A DNA stretch of 7,081 nucleotides, from the IMG/VR virus record IMGVR_UViG_2711768003_000002; one strand, written 5' to 3'. The translations under genes and the position numbers were made by a program. Source of the DNA: a virus. Its lineage: Duplodnaviria > Heunggongvirae > Uroviricota > Caudoviricetes. The notes beneath the pieces are model-generated. The model had not been told where the DNA came from and did no database searches. It saw nothing but the letters and a program-made list of their open reading frames with translations. Shown piece after piece: positions 1-6,082 of the stretch. The first letter of the stretch is position 1, and every line of letters starts with the position of its first letter.

Positions 1-26
1 CTCAGCTCACCGTCGAACACTTTCCC
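1..26 (-). CDS. T: Start of the -1 frame extension that yields the gpGT tail assembly fusion (T frame), partial; continues past the left edge of the window
   Basis: From the slippery heptamer the -1 frame reads GGG AAA GTG TTC GAC GGT GAG CTG AG (G K V F D G E L ...) with no stop before position 1. This matches the beginning of the lambda T frame as I recall it. Only about 8 codons lie inside the window. Confidence 0.55.
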
Positions 27-424
27 GCAGAAACAGGCTCTGCAGGCCCGGCGTCCTCTGCCTGTTCAGGAGCATCATTCACCACAAACTCATACATACC
101 GGACAGCCGGTACACCACGTTTTCAGCATGAGAAATTGCCTCTGTGGGCCAGGTGGTAAGCACTTCCTGCTCAATCTGTTTAACGGCTTCATTCATGGAC
201 GGCATCTGCGTCTTCTTCGGATGGTTATGCCACAGGGACATCGCAACCACAAAAGCGCCGGTTCTGATGGCGTCTTCCACAGTAAACTTCCGGTTGCTGT
301 CTGACTCCGCCTGTTCTGCCTGCCGTTTCATCAGGTCGAGATGCTCAATACGCTGCAGGGCTGACAGTTCAGAAAGCGTGACGGTCACACCGTTATGTTC
401 AAATGATTCGGTTTTCAGGAACAT
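2..424 (-). CDS. G: Tail assembly chaperone gpG
   Basis: The 140-aa ORF (MFLKTESFEHNGVTVTLSELSALQRIEHL...AGKCSTVS) matches lambda gpG over its full length as I recall it. ATG at 424-422 is preceded by GGAGAG; TGA stop at 4-2. It starts 15 nt after the V stop, as in lambda. Confidence 0.9.
   Translation of the reverse strand: MFLKTESFEHNGVTVTLSELSALQRIEHLDLMKRQAEQAESDSNRKFTVEDAIRTGAFVVAMSLWHNHPKKTQMPSMNEAVKQIEQEVLTTWPTEAISHAENVVYRLSGMYEFVVNDAPEQAEDAGPAEPVSAGKCSTVS
20..26 (-). promoter_or_regulatory. -1 programmed ribosomal frameshift site, slippery heptamer G GGA AAG (G-T frameshift)
   Basis: The minus strand reads GCG GGA AAG TGT TCG ACG GTG AGC TGA at the 3' end of G. The heptamer GGGAAAG sits in the zero frame 6 codons before the G stop, which is the arrangement of the classic lambda G-T frameshift. 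Confidence 0.75.
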
Positions 425-439
425 CGCTGACTCTCCGGA

Positions 440-1180
440 TTAACTGGCGGTGACGTTGATTTCTGCAACCGCAGCAAACTCACCATTACCAGATACGACC
501 GGAATGTTGACCTTGCCTGCAGCAACACCTTTCACGGTGATGGTCATACCACTGACCGACACGGTGGCTTTTGTTTTATCCGCAGACACCGCACGGAAGC
601 TCTTGTCGGTTGCGCCATCCGGCTGGAATGCCACGGTCAGCGTGGTGCTCTGCCCTTTCACTACGGAAGCACTGGCGGGTGTCACCGTCATGCCGGTCGT
701 CGCCGTCACCGTGCTGCGATCTTCTGCCATCGACGGACGTCCCACATTGGTGACCTTCACCGTGCGGGTAATCACCTCCTTCGCCGTCACCGCCTTACCG
801 ATACTGCTGACCCAGCCACGGAACACATCGACCGTGCCGTTCGGGAAGCGGATTTTATAGGCACGGGTATCACCTTCATTAAACCACGCCAGCAGCGCCT
901 GCTGCCCCTGCTCTCCGGGCATCCACGCCAGCGTGAAGCTGGTATCTCCGGCAGATTTCTGCCCCTGCCCGGTCGCAGTCCAGTCCGCATCTTCATCATC
1001 GAGATAGCTGTCGTCATAGGACTCAGCGGTCAGTTCGCCGGGCGTCAGGTCTTTAACTTTTGCCAGACGCGACCAGTCAACGTCTGAAAGCGGGTTCGCA
1101 TAAGGGTCACCGCTCCCCTTATAAACCCACAGGGTGGTCCCGGCACCTTTCACCGGCATTGTAGGATTTGGTACAGGCAT
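440..1180 (-). CDS. V: Major tail tube protein gpV
   Basis: The 246-aa ORF ([36 protein letters not shown]...EINVTAS) matches lambda gpV, including the C-terminal Ig-like region. ATG at 1180-1178 is preceded by GAGGA; TAA stop at 442-440. The track ORF 440..1210 begins at an upstream in-frame ATG that overlaps the U 3' end and is not used. Confidence 0.93.
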   Translation of the reverse strand: MPVPNPTMPVKGAGTTLWVYKGSGDPYANPLSDVDWSRLAKVKDLTPGELTAESYDDSYLDDEDADWTATGQGQKSAGDTSFTLAWMPGEQGQQALLAWFNEGDTRAYKIRFPNGTVDVFRGWVSSIGKAVTAKEVITRTVKVTNVGRPSMAEDRSTVTATTGMTVTPASASVVKGQSTTLTVAFQPDGATDKSFRAVSADKTKATVSVSGMTITVKGVAAGKVNIPVVSGNGEFAAVAEINVTAS

Positions 1181-1187
1181 AGCGTCC

Positions 1188-1889
1188 TCACATTTCATAG
1201 ATAATGACATAAGTCAGATCGGCTGAACTCCACAGGCCCGCATCATCGTCGCGCCGGTAGTCATAGCCGCTGGCCACCATACTGGTGATCAAATCTGACA
1301 GTGCCGGGATATCGCTCATCACAGGATAAATCCGGGACTCCATCCACGAATCCAGCTCTGAATCCGGCACCTGAGCAGGCAGGAAAACTTCAATATGCAG
1401 CTCCGCCTGCCAGGTATCGCTGTCCAGCTCTTCGCCCGTGTATTCAGCGCCGGTGAGATAAACGGCANNNNNNNNNNNNNNNNNNNNNNNNNNNNNNNNN
1501 NNNNNNNNNNNNNNNNNNNNNNNNNNNNNNNNNNNNNNNNNNNNNNNNNNNNNNNNNNNNNNNNNNNNNNNNNNNNNNNNNNNNNNNNNNNNNNNNNNNN
1601 NNNNNNNNNNNNNNNNNNNNNNNNNNNNNNNNNNNNNNNNNNNNNNNNNNNNNNNNNNNNNNNNNNNNNNNNNNNNNNNNNNNNNNNNNNNNNNNNNNNN
1701 NNNNNNNNNNNNNNNNNNNNNNNNNNNNNNNNNNNNNNNNNNNNNNNNNNNNNNNNNNNNNNNNNNNNNNNNNNNNNNNNNNNNNNNNNNNNNNNNNNNA
1801 ACAGCGGGGCGACCATCAAAAAGCGTCGCCCCGGTGTCATGCTTCTCCAGTGCATCCAGTACGGCTGCACGGAGTTCAGTATGTTTCAT
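1188..1889 (-). CDS. U: Tail terminator protein gpU, interrupted by a 332-nt N run (1468-1799)
   Basis: The visible N-terminal 30 aa ([30 protein letters not shown]) and C-terminal 92 aa ([39 protein letters not shown]...TYVIIYEM) match lambda gpU. ATG at 1889-1887 overlaps the Z stop as ATGA; TGA stop at 1190-1188. The masked span is 111 codons where lambda has 9 (see findings). Confidence 0.8.
   Translation of the reverse strand: MKHTELRAAVLDALEKHDTGATLFDGRPAVXXXXXXXXXXXXXXXXXXXXXXXXXXXXXXXXXXXXXXXXXXXXXXXXXXXXXXXXXXXXXXXXXXXXXXXXXXXXXXXXXXXXXXXXXXXXXXXXXXXXXXXXXXXXXXXAVYLTGAEYTGEELDSDTWQAELHIEVFLPAQVPDSELDSWMESRIYPVMSDIPALSDLITSMVASGYDYRRDDDAGLWSSADLTYVIIYEM
1468..1799. other. Run of 332 N (masked or unresolved sequence) inside the U gene
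   Basis: Uninterrupted n characters in the supplied sequence. Confidence 1.
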
Positions 1890-2464
1890 CGCTTTATTAC
1901 CATTCTCAGTTGATGCTGCAGCGCATAGCCCAGCTCTTTCGGAAGACGTTCACGCCGTATCCGCTCAATATTTTGTTTAAACGCCGTGGTCAGCGGCACC
2001 GCCATCGGGATTTTCACCACATCAATGGGGTAACGGTTTTTCCCGGCCACACGCTGCATGACATGCCACCGGCCATTTTTCAGTTGCTGAATAAACGCGC
2101 CGGGAATACGACGGTTACCCACCACAAGCACGCTGCCGCCACCTTTCAGGGATGAACGCTGCCCCTTTTTATGACGCCTGCGGCGGGACAGGACAACCCG
2201 CGCATTACCCAGCTTGATTACGGGCAAATCCCCCCGGTTAACTTTGATTCTGGCCTGCGGATTTTTGACCGTGGCCCTTTTCAGCCTGGCCCTTTCCTTT
2301 ACCAGTTTCCGGCGTACCTTTGTCTCACGGGCAACCTGTGACGCAGACTGCGATATCGCGGATGAAGCAACGCGNNNNNNNNNNNNNNNNNNNNNNNNNN
2401 NNNNNNNNNNNNNNNNNNNNNNNNNNNNNNNNNNNNNNNNNNNNNNNNNNNNNNNNNNNNNNNN
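1886..2464 (-). CDS. Z: Head completion / tail attachment protein gpZ; 5' end lies in an N run and the start coordinate is an estimate
   Basis: The visible 162 aa (RVASSAISQSASQVARETKVRRKLVKERARLKRATVKNPQARIKVNRGDLPVIKLGNARVV...HQLRMVIKR) match lambda gpZ residues 31-192 as I recall them. TGA stop at 1888-1886. Start is placed at 2464 by assuming a 192-aa protein, as in lambda. Confidence 0.7.
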   Translation of the reverse strand, partial: XXXXXXXXXXXXXXXXXXXXXXXXXXXXXXRVASSAISQSASQVARETKVRRKLVKERARLKRATVKNPQARIKVNRGDLPVIKLGNARVVLSRRRRHKKGQRSSLKGGGSVLVVGNRRIPGAFIQQLKNGRWHVMQRVAGKNRYPIDVVKIPMAVPLTTAFKQNIERIRRERLPKELGYALQHQLRMVIKR

Positions 2465-2616
2465 NNNNNNNNNNNNNNNNNNNNNNNNNNNNNNNNNNNN
2501 NNNNNNNNNNNNNNNNNNNNNNNNNNNNNNNNNNNNNNNNNNNNNNNNNNNNNNNNNNNNNNNNNNNNNNNNNNNNNNNNNNNNNNNNNNNNNNNNNNNN
2601 NNNNNNNNNNNNNNNN
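2375..2616. other. Run of 242 N (masked or unresolved sequence) covering the FII 3' end and Z 5' end
   Basis: Uninterrupted n characters in the supplied sequence. Confidence 1.
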
Positions 2617-2818
2617 GGACAAACAGGGACGGGCTGGAGCCTTCAACGCGCACGCCCTGTCCGGCATAGCTGATATTTTCAGGGTCATCAAAAACACCAC
2701 GTATCACCGCACCTGACTGCTCACCGGATGTCATGGTGGCTGACGTTCCCATGTACCCGCGTATCGTTTCATCGGCGCGGGCAATGGCAGCATCGAACAG
2801 GTTATCGAAATCAGCCAC
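2465..2818 (-). CDS. FII: Head-tail joining protein gpFII; 3' end lies in an N run and the end coordinate is an estimate
   Basis: The visible N-terminal 67 aa (V/MADFDNLFDAAIARADETIRGYMGTSATMTSGEQSGAVIRGVFDDPENISYAGQGVRVEGSSPSLFV) match lambda gpFII. The start codon is GTG at 2818-2816, preceded by GGGAGG, 11 nt after the FI stop as in lambda. The 3' end at 2465 assumes 117 aa. Confidence 0.7.
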
Positions 2819-2829
2819 AGCGCCTCCCG

Positions 2830-3228
2830 TTATTGCATTCTGGCCAGGCCGCGCTCTGTCATTTCGGCTGCCACACCGGCAGAGACACGAAACGCCGTTC
2901 CCGGCAGCACAAATGCCACAGGTTTATCCCGCGTGGCGTGAAGTGCATCAGTATGCAGCGTCACCAGTGCCACGACCGTGACCAGTTCAGCCGTATCCTG
3001 AATCACGGTATCCGGCTGCGCTGATACCACCTCATTTTCATGCCCGGTCAGCACATTTTCCCGGCTGAGAGGGGTGTCCTGACCGGCAGTTTCATCCGTG
3101 TCATCAAGCTCTTCTTCCAGCTCTGCCACACGAAGCGCCAGTTCTTCTTTCGTTCCCGTCAAACTGACATCGCGGTTCAATTGCTCACCCAGCTCCTGAA
3201 GACGGGCAATCAGTTCATCTTTCGTCAT
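2830..3228 (-). CDS. FI: DNA packaging / head assembly protein gpFI
   Basis: The 132-aa ORF (MTKDELIARLQELGEQLNRDVSLTGTKEELALRVAELEEELDDTDETAGQDTPLSRENVLTGHENEV...ERGLARMQ) matches lambda gpFI. ATG at 3228-3226 is preceded by GGAGGAG; TAA stop at 2832-2830. The track ORF 2830..3267 starts at an upstream in-frame ATG inside the E-FI hairpin, which is unlikely to be used. Confidence 0.9.
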   Translation of the reverse strand: MTKDELIARLQELGEQLNRDVSLTGTKEELALRVAELEEELDDTDETAGQDTPLSRENVLTGHENEVVSAQPDTVIQDTAELVTVVALVTLHTDALHATRDKPVAFVLPGTAFRVSAGVAAEMTERGLARMQ

Positions 3229-3249
3229 GAACTCCTCCACAGAGAGAAA

Positions 3250-3267
3250 ATGGCCCCGAAGGGCCAT
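3250..3267 (-). other. RNA stem-loop between E and FI: 7-bp stem with a UUCG tetraloop (AUGGCCC-UUCG-GGGCCAU in the mRNA)
   Basis: The plus strand atggccc(cgaa)gggccat at 3250-3267 is a perfect inverted repeat with a 4-nt loop. In the transcript it starts 3 nt after the E stop codon (TAA at 3272-3270) and lies about 21 nt upstream of the FI start. Confidence 0.5.
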
Positions 3268-3269
3268 GA

Positions 3270-4295
3270 TTACGCCAGTTGAACGGACACGAACTCATCA
3301 GGATCAGCCAGCAGCATCAGCGGTGCTGACTGAATCATGGTGAACTCACGCGCCGGATCGCCGGTGGTCACCCAGTTTTTCGGGTAACGGGCAGAAGCGT
3401 TAATGCCTTCGCGCTGTGCGTCCGCATCCTGAATGCAGCCATAGGTGCGCAGACCGCGAGCCTGAGTGTTCCCCAGCACCATCGTGTTGTCCGGCAGGAA
3501 GTTCTTTTTGACGCCGTTTTCCACGTACTGTCCGGAATACACGACGATGGCCACATCGCCATACATTCCCTTATAGGACACCGCTTTGCCCAGGTCTTTT
3601 ACCGCTGTCTCCAGCTCGGAATGAGAGCCGCGACGGGTATCCAGCTTCTCCTTGACGGCTTTGAAGGAACGGAACAGCGCCCAGCCTTTCGGGTCAAACA
3701 CGATGATATTCACCACACCGCTGGCGTTCAGCGCGTAGGCTTCGATATCGTCGGTCGGGTCATACGTGGACTTGTCACGCTTGCTCCACTCCGTACCGCC
3801 GGACTGCGTGATGTTGTTCGCCGCACTGCGGCCCATATCCACCTCAACCGGATCGAAGGCTTCACCGGTCATGGTGTATTTGCCCTTGAGCACGGCAGAA
3901 ACTGCCTGCATCTCTTCGACCTGAGCAATGGCCAGCTCTTCGTCACGCATGTTCTGCATGATGATGCGACGGCGGCGGTAAGCCGGGTCCGCCAGATTCT
4001 GCGGATCTTCATCCGGCAGGCGACGCAGGGTCATCTGCGGATTCACCTCATGCTTGGGTTTGACATATCCCGGCGTAAATTCAGAGGTGGAGCCGCCACG
4101 GGAACGGATAACCTCACCGGAAACAATCGGCGAAACGTACAGCGCCATGTTTACCAGTCCCGGAATTTGTGAGAGATAGACTTTCTCCGTGGTGAAGGGA
4201 TAGCTCTCACGGAAAAAGAGACGCAGAAACAGCGGATCAAACTTAAATTTCTGCTCATTTGCCGCCAGCAGCTGGGCGGTTGTGTACATCGACAT
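3270..4295 (-). CDS. E: Major capsid protein gpE
   Basis: The 341-aa ORF (MSMYTTAQLLAANEQKFKFDPLFLRLFFRESYPFTTEKVYLSQIPGLVNMALYVSPIVSGEV...DEFVSVQLA) matches lambda gpE over its full length. ATG at 4295-4293; TAA stop at 3272-3270. The gap to the FI start is 41 nt, as in lambda. The track ORF extends to 4322 from an upstream in-frame ATG (MWLFLRDFF...) that is not supported. Confidence 0.93.
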   Translation of the reverse strand: MSMYTTAQLLAANEQKFKFDPLFLRLFFRESYPFTTEKVYLSQIPGLVNMALYVSPIVSGEVIRSRGGSTSEFTPGYVKPKHEVNPQMTLRRLPDEDPQNLADPAYRRRRIIMQNMRDEELAIAQVEEMQAVSAVLKGKYTMTGEAFDPVEVDMGRSAANNITQSGGTEWSKRDKSTYDPTDDIEAYALNASGVVNIIVFDPKGWALFRSFKAVKEKLDTRRGSHSELETAVKDLGKAVSYKGMYGDVAIVVYSGQYVENGVKKNFLPDNTMVLGNTQARGLRTYGCIQDADAQREGINASARYPKNWVTTGDPAREFTMIQSAPLMLLADPDEFVSVQLA

Positions 4296-4332
4296 AAAAA
4301 AATCCCGTAAAAAAAGCCACACAGGCGGCCTT

Positions 4333-4642
4333 NNNNNNNNNNNNNNNNNNNNNNNNNNNNNNNNNNNNNNNNNNNNNNNNNNNNNNNNNNNNNNNNNNNN
4401 NNNNNNNNNNNNNNNNNNNNNNNNNNNNNNNNNNNNNNNNNNNNNNNNNNNNNNNNNNNNNNNNNNNNNNNNNNNNNNNNNNNNNNNNNNNNNNNNNNNN
4501 NNNNNNNNNNNNNNNNNNNNNNNNNNNNNNNNNNNNNNNNNNNNNNNNNNNNNNNNNNNNNNNNNNNNNNNNNNNNNNNNNNNNNNNNNNNNNNNNNNNN
4601 NNNNNNNNNNNNNNNNNNNNNNNNNNNNNNNNNNNNNNNNNN
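4333..4642. other. Run of 310 N (masked or unresolved sequence) covering the D 3' end and most of the D-E spacer
   Basis: Uninterrupted n characters in the supplied sequence. Confidence 1.
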
Positions 4643-4753
4643 CGGGGTCATTGCAGGCGCTTTCGCACTCAATCCGCCGGGCGCGGTTGCGGTATGAGCC
4701 GGGTCACTGTTGCCCAGCGGCTGGTAATGGGTAAAGGTTTCTTTGCTCGTCAT
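4421..4753 (-). CDS. D: Head decoration protein gpD; 3' end lies in an N run and the end coordinate is an estimate
   Basis: The visible N-terminal 37 aa ([37 protein letters not shown]) match lambda gpD. ATG at 4753-4751 lies 7 nt after AGGGA and 9 nt after the C/Nu3 stop, as in lambda. The 3' end at 4421 assumes 110 aa. Confidence 0.75.
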
Positions 4754-4762
4754 AAACATCCC

Positions 4763-5368
4763 TTACACTGGTGTGTTCAGCAAATCGTTAACGGCATCAG
4801 ATGCCGGGTTACCTGCAGCCAGCGGTGCCGGTGCCCCCTGCATCAGACGATCCAGCGCAGTGTCACTGCGCGTCTGTGCACTCTGTGGTGCTGCGGCCAG
4901 AATACGGCGGGCCGTTTCCACGGTCATACCGGGGGTTTCGGCCAGCACGCGTGCCTGTTCTTCGCGTCCGTGAGCCTCCTCACAGTTGAGGATCCCCATA
5001 ATGCGACTGTTTTCTGCCGCAACCGCTGCGGTGATCTGCGCGTTCACGTCCGGCTGCGCCGCGCTGGCGTTCTCGCCCTCCGTCGCTTGCACCACGCCAG
5101 TAACGTCAGCCTGCGAAGCAGTGGCTGAAACAGTTGTTGATTGAGTCTCTTTGGTCATTCGCCCTCCTGAGAGACGGGATTTACGTGCATCCAGTGCATC
5201 ACGCATGACGGTGATCGCATCGGTACTGTTAACAAGTTCATCAGCCAGTCCGGCATCAATGGCCTCCTGACCGCTGTACACTGCAGCCTCGGTATCCAGC
5301 ACAGCCTGCACGGACAGGCCGGTATATGCCGACACCTTCTGTGCAAACATCCGGCGGGTTGCATCCAT
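4763..5368 (-). CDS. Nu3: Capsid scaffolding protein Nu3, nested in frame in the 3' part of C
   Basis: An in-frame ATG at 5368-5366 gives a 201-aa product (MDATRRMFAQKVSAYTGLSVQAVLDTEAAVYSGQEAIDAGL...NDLLNTPV) that shares its stop with C. Length and sequence match lambda Nu3 as I recall it. Confidence 0.8.
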   Translation of the reverse strand: MDATRRMFAQKVSAYTGLSVQAVLDTEAAVYSGQEAIDAGLADELVNSTDAITVMRDALDARKSRLSGGRMTKETQSTTVSATASQADVTGVVQATEGENASAAQPDVNAQITAAVAAENSRIMGILNCEEAHGREEQARVLAETPGMTVETARRILAAAPQSAQTRSDTALDRLMQGAPAPLAAGNPASDAVNDLLNTPV

Positions 5369-6082
5369 CCGGGACTGCAGTGTTTCCCGGACGTCATCCG
5401 GTAGATGGCTGTAGGGGTTGCCATCCACCTTATGGCTGCCGCTGTAAATCAGCGTGATTTCCACGCCCTGTTTCTCCAGCGCAGCGCCGTAATTACTGTG
5501 AGCCATCATGACGCCGATGGAGCCTGTCCGGGCGGTCTGCGTGACCAGACGCCGGGAGGCGGCACTGGCAAGCAGCTGACCTGCGCTGCAGTTCATGTCA
5601 TTGGCCAGCGCCCATACCGGCTTTATGTCACGCACACGGGCGATGATGTCAGCGCAGTCAAATGCTCCCGCCACCATTCCGCCCGGTGTGTCCATATCGA
5701 GCAGAATGCCGTCCACCATCGGGTCGCTGGCAGCCTGTTGCAGACGGGCGATAATGCCGTTGTAACCGGTCATCCCCGAGTACGGCTGCAGCGCCCGCGT
5801 CCGGCTGACCAGCGTGCCGGACACCGGCAGCACGGCGATGCCGTTCATTACCTGATAACTGCGGGCCTGTCGTGGTCCGTCATCATCACCGGATAACGCC
5901 AGCGCCGCGGGTGCCTCTCCGGCAGTCAGGCTGTCGCCGGATACTGCATCCGTCAGGCAGCTGATCCCAAGCTGGCCTGCAAGCGCACAAAAGAAAACCC
6001 GCGCATAGGCGGGTTCAAGCATCAGCGGCTCATTAAAAGCCATGCTGGCAATATGCGGGAGATTACGCAGCTCTGCTGTCAC
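4763..6082 (-). CDS. C: Capsid assembly (prohead) protease gpC
   Basis: The 439-aa product (V/MTAELRNLPHIASMAFNEPLMLEPAYARVFF...NDLLNTPV) matches lambda gpC. The start codon is GTG at 6082-6080, preceded by GAGGAGGAGAAGA, and overlaps the B 3' end by 20 nt exactly as in lambda. TAA stop at 4765-4763. The track ORF 4763..6217 runs further upstream into B and is not used. Confidence 0.9.
   Translation of the reverse strand: MTAELRNLPHIASMAFNEPLMLEPAYARVFFCALAGQLGISCLTDAVSGDSLTAGEAPAALALSGDDDGPRQARSYQVMNGIAVLPVSGTLVSRTRALQPYSGMTGYNGIIARLQQAASDPMVDGILLDMDTPGGMVAGAFDCADIIARVRDIKPVWALANDMNCSAGQLLASAASRRLVTQTARTGSIGVMMAHSNYGAALEKQGVEITLIYSGSHKVDGNPYSHLPDDVRETLQSRMDATRRMFAQKVSAYTGLSVQAVLDTEAAVYSGQEAIDAGLADELVNSTDAITVMRDALDARKSRLSGGRMTKETQSTTVSATASQADVTGVVQATEGENASAAQPDVNAQITAAVAAENSRIMGILNCEEAHGREEQARVLAETPGMTVETARRILAAAPQSAQTRSDTALDRLMQGAPAPLAAGNPASDAVNDLLNTPV

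Noticed and set aside
144-443. Plus-strand ORF of 99 aa antisense to G
   Set aside because: It lies entirely within the well-supported gpG coding region on the opposite strand. It has no recognisable ribosome-binding site or protein similarity. Such antisense ORFs are common in GC-rich coding DNA.
450-860. Plus-strand ORFs (450..860 and 571..753) antisense to V
   Set aside because: They fall inside the gpV coding sequence on the other strand and have no known homologue. Chance open frames.
787-1017. Short minus-strand ORFs in alternative frames inside V, E, C and B (787..1017, 3368..3562, 5155..5424, 6214..6489)
   Set aside because: They are internal and out of frame relative to the conserved genes, with no ribosome-binding site or homology. 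Lambda has no known overlapping genes at these positions.
1319-2700. ORFs in the track that consist mostly of X residues across the N runs (1319..1870, 1395..1913, 2214..2669, 2299..2700, 2320..2673, 4282..4734)
   Set aside because: They are open only because N codons cannot be called as stops. The flanking real sequence is out of frame with, or antisense to, the supported genes.
1850-3282. Plus-strand ORFs antisense to Z, FII and FI (1850..2155, 2728..3024, 2733..2981, 3040..3282)
   Set aside because: Antisense to the conserved Z, FII and FI genes. They are His/Arg/Cys-rich, low-complexity translations typical of non-coding frames.
3621-4172. Plus-strand ORF of 183 aa antisense to the major capsid gene E
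   Set aside because: It is completely embedded in E on the opposite strand. It is Arg/Gly-rich in the way typical of antisense translation of GC-rich genes, and no start context is evident.
4296-4322. N-terminal extensions of the track ORFs beyond the lambda start sites (E to 4322, V to 1210, FI to 3267, C to 6217, D to 4759)
   Set aside because: The downstream start in each case matches the lambda protein N terminus and has a correctly spaced Shine-Dalgarno motif. The upstream in-frame starts overlap the preceding gene or a hairpin and lack a ribosome-binding site.
1468-4642. Treating the three N runs as proof of inserted novel genes
   Set aside because: The N runs could be scaffold gaps with estimated sizes, and the deviations from lambda (+306, -11, +70 nt) could reflect estimation error. 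They are reported as questions to resolve, not as features.
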